Positions 43,889 through 52,347 of a stretch of 58,913 nt of DNA are shown here, one piece after another. Each line of letters begins with the position of its first letter. Positions within the stretch are counted from its first letter, which is position 1. The DNA is from a bacterium (GTDB lineage Bacteria > Patescibacteriota > Doudnabacteria > UBA920): assembly GCA_021847435.1 (NCBI GenBank), contig JAJZRC010000001.1, forward strand, positions 1-58,913, read 5' to 3'. Position numbers and translations under genes: made by a program. Under the pieces are notes generated by a model that did no database searches, had not been told where the DNA came from, and saw only the letters and a program-made list of their open reading frames with translations.

Positions 43889-44404
43889 TTAGGAAAGCGG
43901 GCGAACACTGCTTAAAATTTTGGTCCTGCCTGAGGCAAAATATTTTGCCAAGGCCAGGGCGCCGAACAGCGCGGCCGTATAACCCAAGTCCCCGACCAGG
44001 GTGCCCCGCAAAAACGGCAAGCCGTTTACATAGCTCTGCATGATGCCGGAAAAATTATGCGGATACTCGGCGTACAAAAACGCGAAATTGGTCACCAGAA
44101 AAAACAGCGCGGAAGAAGCTAGGGACGAAAGGCCGATTCTGGCCCAGCTTTGGCGGCGCTTGATCCACAAACCGAACAAAATGCCGGCCAAATGAGAAGC
44201 ATAAACCGCAAGCATGAGCGGCCAGGAGAAAAAACCCAAAAATAAATCGCTCGCCAGCCGGGCGGCCAAAGTTATGCCAGCCGCCTTTTTCCAGTCCAGC
44301 TGCGCAGCGCTAAAAATCGCCAGCGCGGTTATGGGCGCGAAATTTGGCATATGCGGGATGAATCTGGCCGCTACGGCTGCTAAAATAATTAAATATATCA
44401 GCAT
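43889..44404 (-). CDS. polytopic small membrane protein, possible vitamin (B12) transporter substrate component
   Basis: 171 aa with 5-6 helices. The functional guess rests only on adjacency to the DUF4430-like and adenosyltransferase genes. Confidence 0.55.
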   Translation of the reverse strand: MLIYLIILAAVAARFIPHMPNFAPITALAIFSAAQLDWKKAAGITLAARLASDLFLGFFSWPLMLAVYASHLAGILFGLWIKRRQSWARIGLSSLASSALFFLVTNFAFLYAEYPHNFSGIMQSYVNGLPFLRGTLVGDLGYTAALFGALALAKYFASGRTKILSSVRPLS

Positions 44405-44471
44405 CTAAAAAATTTTAATTATAATTAACTTGTTTTTTAAAAAAGAAATTTTTGCAGGTCATTTTTGTCAT

Positions 44472-44960
44472 TTACTTTATTTCTGTTAATTTCCACTCTA
44501 CCTTGTCTCCTGCTTTAAGAATATAGGATGACGCACCCACGTTGGAAGATTTGCCATTAACAATAAATTCCCAAAAATGCTTGCTGTCGGGCTTAATGCC
44601 GTCAATGCTCAAAACAAATTCCCCCATATCGCCGTAAGATTTGGTTTCCACCGCATGGGTGGCTTTTAAAAGCTGCAAAGCGGTTTGTTTTTCGGTATAT
44701 CTATAGCTCGGCTGGTTCCGGCTGGAGCCTTCAACGGTCTGGACCACTGTCTGCTGCCCAGCAGCTGCGGGCAGGCCTTTGGGAACAAGAGTATCGGTTT
44801 TAGCCGAAGGCTGGCTTGCGGTTTCTTCCTGCTGCTGGGTTTCTTGCGGCTGGCTGGTTGCCGGTTGCGGCTTGTTTATGTTACACCCCGCGGCCAATAA
44901 CACTATGGACAATAACGGCAGAAGCAAGATAAAGCTTTTTTGAAATTTGCAATTTGGCAT
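44472..44960 (-). CDS. DUF4430-like (transcobalamin-fold) lipoprotein
   Basis: Lipobox LLAAGC after the internal Met. The C-terminus is GEFVLSIDGIKPDSKHFWEFIVNGKSSNVGASSYILKAGDKVEWKL. Confidence 0.7.
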   Translation of the reverse strand: MPNCKFQKSFILLLPLLSIVLLAAGCNINKPQPATSQPQETQQQEETASQPSAKTDTLVPKGLPAAAGQQTVVQTVEGSSRNQPSYRYTEKQTALQLLKATHAVETKSYGDMGEFVLSIDGIKPDSKHFWEFIVNGKSSNVGASSYILKAGDKVEWKLTEIK

Positions 44961-45009
44961 CGGGGAATTATTTGGAAGAATTGGTGTAATTAGAATAATT
45001 AGAAATTTG

Positions 45010-45645
45010 CTAATAGTCAATCCCCTGCTGCGCCAGTATCCCTTTATAGTACGGGTGCCGGATCATTTTCATTTCCGTCACCAAATCGCAGGCTTTCAAA
45101 ATTTTTGGGTAATGGTTATGTCCGGTCAAAACAAGATGCTGCAAAGGGCTTTTAAGCTTTATCAGGTCCAAGATATCCCGCTCTTCTATAAGCCCGACCT
45201 CGAGGGCGGAAATAATCTCGTCCAAGATCACCAAATCATATTTGCCCGAAGTGATGATTTCCCGCGCGCGTTCAAGGCCCAAAATAGCCTGGCGGATGTG
45301 GGTGTCTTTTTCCTTTTGGTCGCCCAATATCCCTACAAAACCCAAACCCACCTGCTCGTTTTCAATGCTGCCCAGGCTGGAAGGAATGCGCGCTTGGTTG
45401 AAAAAATTTATTTCACTGCTCACCGGCCATTCGCCCACTTGCCTCTTGTCACTTGTCGCTGCTTTAGCTTTGACGAACTGCAAAATGTACACGTTCTTGC
45501 CATCCCCGGCCGCGCGTACGGCCATGCCCATGGCCGCAGTGGTCTTGCCCTTGCCCGCGCCAATGTAAGCGATAACCAAGCCTTTGGGTTCTAAGGAAAA
45601 CTCTGTGGGCATTTTAAGTTTTTTTGATTTACTTTTAGCCTTCAT
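45010..45645 (-). CDS. cobO: cob(I)alamin adenosyltransferase (CobO/BtuR type)
   Basis: GAGKGKTTAAMG P-loop, then YDLVILDE and VLTGH. Confidence 0.85.
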   Translation of the reverse strand: MKAKSKSKKLKMPTEFSLEPKGLVIAYIGAGKGKTTAAMGMAVRAAGDGKNVYILQFVKAKAATSDKRQVGEWPVSSEINFFNQARIPSSLGSIENEQVGLGFVGILGDQKEKDTHIRQAILGLERAREIITSGKYDLVILDEIISALEVGLIEERDILDLIKLKSPLQHLVLTGHNHYPKILKACDLVTEMKMIRHPYYKGILAQQGIDY

Positions 45646-45941
45646 ATTGTTTTTCGAAATCAAATATCATTTTCTCTACTGAATCTTCCCCGGAGAAATC
45701 AAATCGATCACATGATGCGGGAGCTCCTCCGCCTACTAACACATGATACATGATATAATTTGCCGGATTTGGATATTTTTCTTTTATTTGCGCGATACTA
45801 GATTCTCTCTCCATTTTGAAAATTCATCAAGTCCGGCTTTTTGGTACAAATCAAAAACTCTTTGTCGTAAAATTTTTTCTGAACCTGTTTTTTCAAAATT
45901 TTCCATAATTGTAGAAAATAGGCACTTTTCACAATTTTACC

Positions 45942-45971
45942 ATTCCGAGGAGAATTTGCTACGAGGAATCC
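45942..45971. repeat. 30-bp direct repeat flanking the GIY-YIG gene (left copy)
   Basis: ATTCCGAGGAGAATTTGCTACGAGGAATCC is identical at 46325..46354. Confidence 0.9.
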
Positions 45972-46019
45972 CTTGCCTGTAGTTGTTAAGTAAGCGATAC
46001 CTCACTTGGTTCGGTATGG

Positions 46020-46313
46020 TTATAAAATTGAATTATACAAATCTTTCCATGACGGGTTCATTGTTTTAATCAACTGTTCTTTTTTCTTTCTATTCCATCC
46101 CTTAATTTCTTTTTCTCTTGCCAAGGCTCCTTCAAAACTTTCACATAATTCATAATATACCAGCTTATGGCATTGATATTTTTTCGTGAATCCTGGGACA
46201 ACATCATTTTTATGCTCCCAAACGCGCTTAGCCAAACCAGCGGAAGTAAAACCCGTATATAACGTCCCACTAGCGCTTGCCATGATATATACGGCGTAAA
46301 TGTTTTCCTGCAT
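46020..46313 (-). CDS. GIY-YIG nuclease-family small protein
   Basis: 97 aa. IYAVYIMAS..GTLYTGFT, then R...H and EKEIKGW. Confidence 0.85.
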   Translation of the reverse strand: MQENIYAVYIMASASGTLYTGFTSAGLAKRVWEHKNDVVPGFTKKYQCHKLVYYELCESFEGALAREKEIKGWNRKKKEQLIKTMNPSWKDLYNSIL

Positions 46314-46324
46314 ACTATTTTTTT

Positions 46325-46354
46325 ATTCCGAGGAGAATTTGCTACGAGGAATCC
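46325..46354. repeat. 30-bp direct repeat flanking the GIY-YIG gene (right copy)
   Basis: Identical to 45942..45971. Confidence 0.9.
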
Positions 46355-46562
46355 TTTAACTTATTCGATTATTAAGCGACTTCTCGGATGCACTCGGAGT
46401 GGTAAAAATTATCAGCGGGCGGCGGAAATATCACCCAAAATTTTAATGAAATTTTGGGAACCCGATTTACCGCCGCCCGCCTTGCTTACTGTTTGCAACT
46501 TACCGAGTGTGCCGAGGACGTCTGGCTCTGCCAGCATCCGAGGCAACTTTGTGGAAAAGATG

Positions 46563-49319
46563 TTATCCGCATTTTGAATACCCGCACATTTCGCACTTCT
46601 GGCAGCCTTCGGCAAAGACCAGCATATTGGCGCAGGAAGGGCAGACAGGCGCGTTGCCCAAATTGGCAATGGAAACTTTATGCGTCTGCTTATAAGTCAA
46701 ATGCCCGTTGGCCTTGATCCTCTCCTCGCTGATCGTCTGCAGCACTTTCTCTTCAGTCATGCCTTGCGGTTCTTCGGCAATGGCGCCGGCCTGGACCTGG
46801 GGCAGATCCAAAGACATCTGCTTGTCCGCGCGCTTGATGTGCTTTTCCAAAACTTTGGCAATAGCATCGGGCAGGGAGTAAACCACGCCGCCGTCCGAGA
46901 AGCTCACATCCGGCCCGCGGATGCCCTTTAACTGGTCAATGATTTCCTCAATGGCGATATTGGAGCGCAAAGCCGTGGAAATCAGCCGGGTAATGGCTTC
47001 GGTCTGGGCGCCAAAGAACCCGCCCGCCTTGCCCATGGTCGCAAACACCTCAAATGGCCCCTGCTCGTCTTCGTTAATGGTAATGAACAGGCTCCCGTAA
47101 GCGGTGGACATTTTATAGGTCATGCCCTGCATCATGTTCGGGCGTTCGCGCGGCGCAATTTTCACCCCCACACCAAATTTGTTATTGGACAGCAGCAAAG
47201 GAGGCTCTTGAAAATTTTGCCCCTCACCAACAGCTTTCTCCGTTTCAAAAGATTTGGTGTCGGGGTTAATTTGCAGATTATCGCCGGAAACGGACATAAC
47301 TTCCTTGGACTGCTTGGCTGTCTGGCTTTGGCTTTCGGCTTTGCCCCGCAGCTGTTCCTGCGCGTCTTTGCCAAGCTTCTTGCTGTCCGTGGCCAAAACC
47401 TGCTCGTCGCGGCTGCCGTCGCGGTAAATGGTTCCGCCCTTGCAGCCCAAATCAAACATCAAAGTATACAGCTGCTTGGTCTGGTCCACGGTGTAATCGG
47501 AAGGCGCATTGCAGGTCTTGGAAATTGCGCTGTCAGTCCAGTGCTGCACCGCGGCCTGAACCCGGACGTGGTCTTCGGGCGCCAGCGCCATGGCTGTAAC
47601 AAAATATTCCGGCAATTCCTGGCCCGGGTGCTTGTCCAGCCAGTCCTGGGCCAGCTTGATTTTTTCCTCATGCACGCCCAGGCGCGACTTGCGGAAATAG
47701 GTCCAGGAGAAAAACGGCTCAATGCCCGTGGAGGTGCCGACCATGGTGCCCACGGTGCCGGTGGGCGCCTGGGTCATAATGGTCACGTTGCGGATACCGT
47801 ACTTAGCCACCAAATCGCGGATATAAAGGGGCATGTTTTTCATAAAGCCGCTCTGCAAAAACTTTTCCGCTTCAAACCTGGCGAACGCGCCTTTTTCCCT
47901 GGCCAGCTCAATGGAGGTTTCGTAAGCCGTCACCGCAATAAACTGGTAAAGCTTGTCGATAAATTCCACGGCTTCCTGGCTGCCATACCTCAGGCCTTTA
48001 TAAATCATCATTTCCGCCAGACCGATGGTGCCCATGCCTACGCGCCGCTCAGACAGCTGCTGGGCCTTGTTCTCTTCAAAAAAGTACGGCGTGGCGTCAA
48101 TGACGTTATCCTGGAAACGCACGGCCCAGGACACCGTCTGCTTGAGGTCATTCCACAACACTTCCCCCGTTTCCTTGTTAATATGCTTGGACAAATTCAC
48201 GTGCCCAAGGTTGCATACGCCCCAAGCGGGCAGCGGCTGCTCGCCGCAAGGATTGGTGCAGGGCAAATCGGAATAGTACCAGGAATTGGAATAATAGTTG
48301 GCGCGGTCAATAAAGTACATGCCCGGCTCCGCGCTGGCCCAAGCCGAAGAAATAATATTGTCCCAAATGTCCGCGGCGCGCACGGTTTTGTGCTTAATTA
48401 CCTTGCCGCCCATTTTTTGCCAGGCGTTGATGTTGCCGTCCCAGTGATCGTGGTACAGGGGGTCGGAAGTGTCCGGGAAGATCAAATCCCAGGGTTTGTC
48501 TTCCTTGACCGCCTGCATGAAGTCATCGGTAATGCCTACGGAAATGTTCGCATTGGTTATTTTACCCGCTTCTTTTTTGGAATTGATAAAGTCCATTACG
48601 TCCGGGTGCCAGACGTTTAAAATCAGCATCAGCGCCCCGCGCCGGCTGCCCCCCTGCTCAATCAGGCCCGTCACAAAGCTGTAGAGCGAAGCCCAGGATA
48701 CGCTGCCGCTGGACCTGCCGTTGACGCCTTTGACATAAGCATAGCGGGGACGCAAGGACGAAACGTTAATGCCCACTCCGCCGCCGCGGGACATAATTTC
48801 CGCCATCTGCCCCAGGGTGTTAAAAATGCCGTGGCGGCTGTCCTTGGGGGAAGGAATAACATAACAGTTATAAAAAGTCAGGTTCTGGCCCGTGCCCGCG
48901 CCCGTAAAAATTCGGCCCGCCGGGACGTACTTCCAGTCATCCATCAGCCTGCGGAATTTGGCTTCCCATTCGGTCTTTTTCTCCTCTGTCTTTTCCACGC
49001 TGGCAATATGTTTGGCAATCCGGTCAAACATCTGCTCAGGAACCAGCTCCAGCGGCTTGTCCACGTGTTCAATGGTGCGGTATTCCAAATCTCCTCCGCG
49101 CATGCGCACGGACACTTCCCTGGTCTCGCGATTCAGGTTTTCTATGGCGCCGATTTCCCGCTGTCCGGTTTTAGGGTTTACCAAAACCACCACCGTGTCC
49201 CCTGCGGCCAGGGTTTCCCTTTTTACATCCTTCACCGCGTAGCGGTCCAAAAAAATCTTTTCTCCCAGTTCGGAGAGGGCGTTCACCTTTCGTTCTTGCA
49301 GGTTGGCTTTGGATTGCAT
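46563..49319 (-). CDS. nrdJ: class II (adenosylcobalamin-dependent) ribonucleotide reductase
   Basis: 918 aa. Contains TNPCGEQPL and CNLGHVNL. The C-terminal Cys4 tail is CPSCANMLVFAEGCQKCEMCGYSKCG. Confidence 0.92.
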   Translation of the reverse strand: MQSKANLQERKVNALSELGEKIFLDRYAVKDVKRETLAAGDTVVVLVNPKTGQREIGAIENLNRETREVSVRMRGGDLEYRTIEHVDKPLELVPEQMFDRIAKHIASVEKTEEKKTEWEAKFRRLMDDWKYVPAGRIFTGAGTGQNLTFYNCYVIPSPKDSRHGIFNTLGQMAEIMSRGGGVGINVSSLRPRYAYVKGVNGRSSGSVSWASLYSFVTGLIEQGGSRRGALMLILNVWHPDVMDFINSKKEAGKITNANISVGITDDFMQAVKEDKPWDLIFPDTSDPLYHDHWDGNINAWQKMGGKVIKHKTVRAADIWDNIISSAWASAEPGMYFIDRANYYSNSWYYSDLPCTNPCGEQPLPAWGVCNLGHVNLSKHINKETGEVLWNDLKQTVSWAVRFQDNVIDATPYFFEENKAQQLSERRVGMGTIGLAEMMIYKGLRYGSQEAVEFIDKLYQFIAVTAYETSIELAREKGAFARFEAEKFLQSGFMKNMPLYIRDLVAKYGIRNVTIMTQAPTGTVGTMVGTSTGIEPFFSWTYFRKSRLGVHEEKIKLAQDWLDKHPGQELPEYFVTAMALAPEDHVRVQAAVQHWTDSAISKTCNAPSDYTVDQTKQLYTLMFDLGCKGGTIYRDGSRDEQVLATDSKKLGKDAQEQLRGKAESQSQTAKQSKEVMSVSGDNLQINPDTKSFETEKAVGEGQNFQEPPLLLSNNKFGVGVKIAPRERPNMMQGMTYKMSTAYGSLFITINEDEQGPFEVFATMGKAGGFFGAQTEAITRLISTALRSNIAIEEIIDQLKGIRGPDVSFSDGGVVYSLPDAIAKVLEKHIKRADKQMSLDLPQVQAGAIAEEPQGMTEEKVLQTISEERIKANGHLTYKQTHKVSIANLGNAPVCPSCANMLVFAEGCQKCEMCGYSKCG

Positions 49320-49510
49320 AAGCTTCTTTCTAAATTATTCTAATTAACCTGATTAGCCTAATTATTCTAAATAAATCCCAAGGATGAAATGTTTAAATTA
49401 TTTTTGGTGCTTATTTAGGTTAATTAGAAATTAGGGTAATTGGGTTAATTTTATTTAAGTTGATTTTAATAATAATTTTTTACCTTATAAACTTGGTGAT
49501 TTGACGGACT

Positions 49511-49957
49511 TCACAGCTTCATCAGCTCTTCTTTGAACTCGTCTACGTCTTCAAACTGCCGGTACACTGCCGCAAACCTCACATAGGCCACCTTGTCATG
49601 CTTCTTCAGTTTTTTCATTACTATCTCGCCGATCTCCGAACTTTTTATTTCTCCGTCCCGGGCTTTCCGCTGAATTTCTATCTCAATCGCGGAAAGAAGC
49701 TTGCGCATGGCGTCTTCGGTGCAGGGCCGCTTATCCAGCGGCAGATTCAGGGCCCGCTGCAGCTTCTCCTTGGAAAAGGCCTGCTTGCTGCCGTCCTTTT
49801 TTATGACTGTCAGGTCCAGAATTTCAATTTCCTCATAAGTGGAAAAGCGGAACTCGCATTTGTCGCACTGGCGGCGGCGGCGGATGGCATCCCCCTCGTC
49901 TACCGGCCTGCTGTCTAAAACCTTGGTGTCTTCATACTGGCAATTGGGGCAGCGCAT
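49511..49957 (-). CDS. nrdR: transcriptional repressor NrdR
   Basis: MRCPNCQ...CDKCEFRFSTYE zinc ribbon plus an ATP-cone. Confidence 0.93.
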   Translation of the reverse strand: MRCPNCQYEDTKVLDSRPVDEGDAIRRRRQCDKCEFRFSTYEEIEILDLTVIKKDGSKQAFSKEKLQRALNLPLDKRPCTEDAMRKLLSAIEIEIQRKARDGEIKSSEIGEIVMKKLKKHDKVAYVRFAAVYRQFEDVDEFKEELMKL

Positions 49958-50263
49958 AATACTTTTAAAAATGAATGATAAATGTGGATTAAAAGGCTGT
50001 TTTGGCTTTTCGGCGGGCCTTTAACAAGCCTTGCCTGGCAAGAAAAAAAATATCTTATATAAAAGCCCGTATTCAAACGGATTTTCCGCAACAGGCTTCA
50101 ATGGCCTTTTGTATTTATATCCTAAGCGCTCAAATCTACTAGATATAGTGTTTACATTTCTAATTGTAATACCATATATAGATTTGGGCAAACTGCCTGA
50201 AACCTTAAGGATTTTTACAAAAAAAATTATGCGACCCGGAGATATCCACAAAAGTAAAAAATC

Positions 50264-50302
50264 GTAAAAGGAAAAAGCCGCGAGTCCCCCTGACTTCGCG
50301 GC
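50264..50302 (-). terminator. intrinsic terminator immediately after the RT stop codon
   Basis: Minus strand reads AAGCCGCGAAGTCAGGGGGACTCGCGGCTT followed by TTTCCTTTT. Confidence 0.65.
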
Positions 50303-51268
50303 TTACCATCCCCATTGTAAAGAATGGATTTGTGCTTTGAGCTTTTGGTATTTGCCAATCAAATCGCCGGACAGGCTTTCCCAAACGGCAAACCCGGCAT
50401 AGCCATTCACCACCTGCCAAGCCCGTTCGTAATCAAGCCCGTGTTCCAGCGCGTACTCCAAATGGTGCAGGGCACCGCGGAACGCGCGCTTGAAGCCGCG
50501 GGTATTGCTTACACTTTCCCTTTCCAGGTTCAGGCCGAGCATGCGGCACAGCCGGCCATGCTCTACCAGCCTGACTTTGTGGATCCGGAAGCGCTTGCCT
50601 GCCTCGCTTAACAGAATCATTCTGGCGCGGCCTGGAAATTCTTCCCGCCCGGAAGAAAAAAACAGGTTGTCCGCATAGCGGCTATACGCCAGGTCCAACC
50701 TCTTGGCCCAAAGAGCCATCTGGTCGTCAAACGGGGCCAGGCATAAATCAAACAGCCTGGGACTCGTTGAAGCGCCTTGGGGCAAAAAACCGCCCCCGGA
50801 CTCATACGGGTGATACAGCGGCTGCCACACCTCTCCGACTATGCACAAATCCGCGACAAACCTGGCAGCATAGAAAGAAAGGTGCGGATCGCTTACTCCA
50901 TAGAGCGCTGTCCAGACCTGCTGGTGGGTGACTTGGGAAAAAGCGTGGCGCAAATCAAATGCCAATACCGACCTGTACCCGGCGTGCGGCAATGCGGCTC
51001 GCCCTCCGCTGCCGCCCGAAAAACCAAAGCAGAGCGGGTGCCGGGGAAAAGGTTTGAGCAACAACTTGGCTACGGCTTTCTGGACAATGCGCAGCTCGCC
51101 TCTCGGCTGCCAAATCGGCCTGCCATCCATTTCCCATCGGCTGTAATACAAACCGTACTTGCCCTGCCTCAAGTTGCCTATGAGGTAGTACAAATTATAC
51201 TCATCCGCATCCAGATGCAGCTTGCCATGGAGCCACGACAAAGCTGTGAATTCGTATTGCTCAATCAC
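50303..51268 (-). CDS. retron-type reverse transcriptase (YADN variant)
   Basis: 321 aa with a GTG start and AGGAGG 6 nt upstream. Motifs appear in RT order: RGELRIVQKAVAKLLL, CFGFSGG...VLAFDLRHAF, LPQGASTSPRLFDLCL, YSRYADNLFFS and RMLGLNL. Confidence 0.85.
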   Translation of the reverse strand: MIEQYEFTALSWLHGKLHLDADEYNLYYLIGNLRQGKYGLYYSRWEMDGRPIWQPRGELRIVQKAVAKLLLKPFPRHPLCFGFSGGSGGRAALPHAGYRSVLAFDLRHAFSQVTHQQVWTALYGVSDPHLSFYAARFVADLCIVGEVWQPLYHPYESGGGFLPQGASTSPRLFDLCLAPFDDQMALWAKRLDLAYSRYADNLFFSSGREEFPGRARMILLSEAGKRFRIHKVRLVEHGRLCRMLGLNLERESVSNTRGFKRAFRGALHHLEYALEHGLDYERAWQVVNGYAGFAVWESLSGDLIGKYQKLKAQIHSLQWGW

Positions 51269-51292
51269 GGCAAACCTCCTGTTAAATTTTTG

Positions 51293-51420
51293 CCTTTGCC
51301 GCCAATCATGTCTCAGGAGAAACCTGGCAAGAGCCAGTTTTTCAGGACTGCCAGAGTTCCGGCAGCCTTAGCCGACCAACCTCGTCTGGTGGTTGGACTA
51401 TTGATGACTGGCGGCAAAGG
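51293..51420 (-). ncRNA. structured leader/ncRNA upstream of the RT (candidate msr-msd-like or DRT2-like template RNA)
   Basis: CCTTTGCCGCCAGTCAT (minus; 51420..51404) pairs over 17 bp with ATGATTGGCGGCAAAGG (51309..51293). The stem encloses 94 nt with three hairpins. It lies between a sigma70-like promoter and the RT ribosome-binding site. Confidence 0.55.
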
Positions 51421-51427
51421 TTTTCAC

Positions 51428-51455
51428 ATTATACCAGCACCACAGCAAAATTCAA
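51428..51455 (-). promoter_or_regulatory. sigma70-like promoter driving the ncRNA and RT
   Basis: Minus strand reads TTGAAT (51455..51450), a 16-nt spacer, then TATAAT (51433..51428) with TGG just upstream (extended -10-like). Confidence 0.55.
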
Positions 51456-51469
51456 TAACCTACAATTTT

Positions 51470-51497
51470 AAAACCCCGGGGGCACAGCCGGGGTTTT
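51470..51497 (-). terminator. intrinsic (bidirectional-looking) terminator insulating the RT unit from the upstream gene
   Basis: AAAACCCCGG-(8 nt)-CCGGGGTTTT. Confidence 0.6.
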
Positions 51498-51521
51498 AAA
51501 ATTGTTGATTGCCTTTTGATC

Positions 51522-51947
51522 TTACTTATAGAAGATGCTGAACACTCCCTCGGATTGAGGGTAATACTTGCTGACCACAATTTGGTCGGAAGCTCCGGCC
51601 ACCTGGGCCCTGGGCTGATACATGGCCTGCGCCACTGAAGGCATACTCACTCCGGCCATTTCCATAAAGGCCGGGCTGGCTTCCGCCACAGCATAGGAAA
51701 TGTTGTCCGCGTAGAACGCGTAATCCTGCTGCGCTGGCAAAACCAAATTGGCATAAACGAACTTGCTGTAACCGCTGGCGGCGGTGTCTAAAACCGACAC
51801 GACCTTGACGGGAGCAAAGACATCTGGAAAAGGCTGTTCCATTCTCTCAAAACTCGCATTGCTGATGCTGACGGCAAATAAAAAGAACAGCGAGGCAATC
51901 GCCGTGCCCAGCAGGCTCAAAACCTTTACCGGTGTTTCTTGAGTCAT
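51522..51947 (-). CDS. N-terminally anchored 141-aa protein, unknown function
   Basis: TM helix VLSLLGTAIASLFFLFAVSI followed by a soluble domain. Confidence 0.6.
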   Translation of the reverse strand: MTQETPVKVLSLLGTAIASLFFLFAVSISNASFERMEQPFPDVFAPVKVVSVLDTAASGYSKFVYANLVLPAQQDYAFYADNISYAVAEASPAFMEMAGVSMPSVAQAMYQPRAQVAGASDQIVVSKYYPQSEGVFSIFYK

Positions 51948-52184
51948 ATTAATGAATTTTTTTTACGGCCGAAAGCGCCTAACGCTCCCTCCTGCTGTTC
52001 TTAAAGAGAAGTGTTTGCGCACGCACTCCTCAAATAAAATCAGCGGACTTCAGGCTCCGTTTGCCGCAAATGCTATTTAATTGTTTTTTGTTTTCTTTTT
52101 TGTTTCTTGCTCGCAAGGATTTTTTCTCGTTTTTGTTAACGAAAAATCGACCTTTTGAAATCCGTTACTTATCAAGTATAGCAC

Positions 52185-52222
52185 AAATTTAAAAACTTGT
52201 CTAGTGACAAGTTTTTAAATTT
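52185..52222. promoter_or_regulatory. perfect 17-bp AT-rich inverted repeat
   Basis: AAATTTAAAAACTTGTC-TAGT-GACAAGTTTTTAAATTT. Confidence 0.6.
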
Positions 52223-52252
52223 TTTAGTGCTTGATCAACCAACAGTAAAGGA

Positions 52253-52333
52253 TAAAGGTTTCTCGCGGCAAGCCGACGAGGTATTACCGCAAGAGACATC
52301 TGTCATTTCGGAGCAGAGCTCCGAGGTATTGAA
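52253..52333. repeat. 81-bp repeat, copy B
   Basis: Matches 39181..39261 with 4 mismatches. It ends 15 nt from the ftsZ stop codon. Confidence 0.85.
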
Positions 52334-52347
52334 GATGTTAAAATCGC

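Noticed and set aside
47208-48620. 470-aa plus-strand ORF
   Set aside because: It lies entirely antisense to the well-supported nrdJ gene. Its composition is implausible (R/G/H/L-rich) and it has no RBS.
50303-51268. Diversity-generating retroelement (DGR) RT
   Set aside because: Motif 4 is LPQGASTSP (retron/group II style) rather than the DGR-type I/LGxxxSQ. I found no template/variable repeat pair near the RT or at the 3' end of neighbouring genes. This was checked by eye only.
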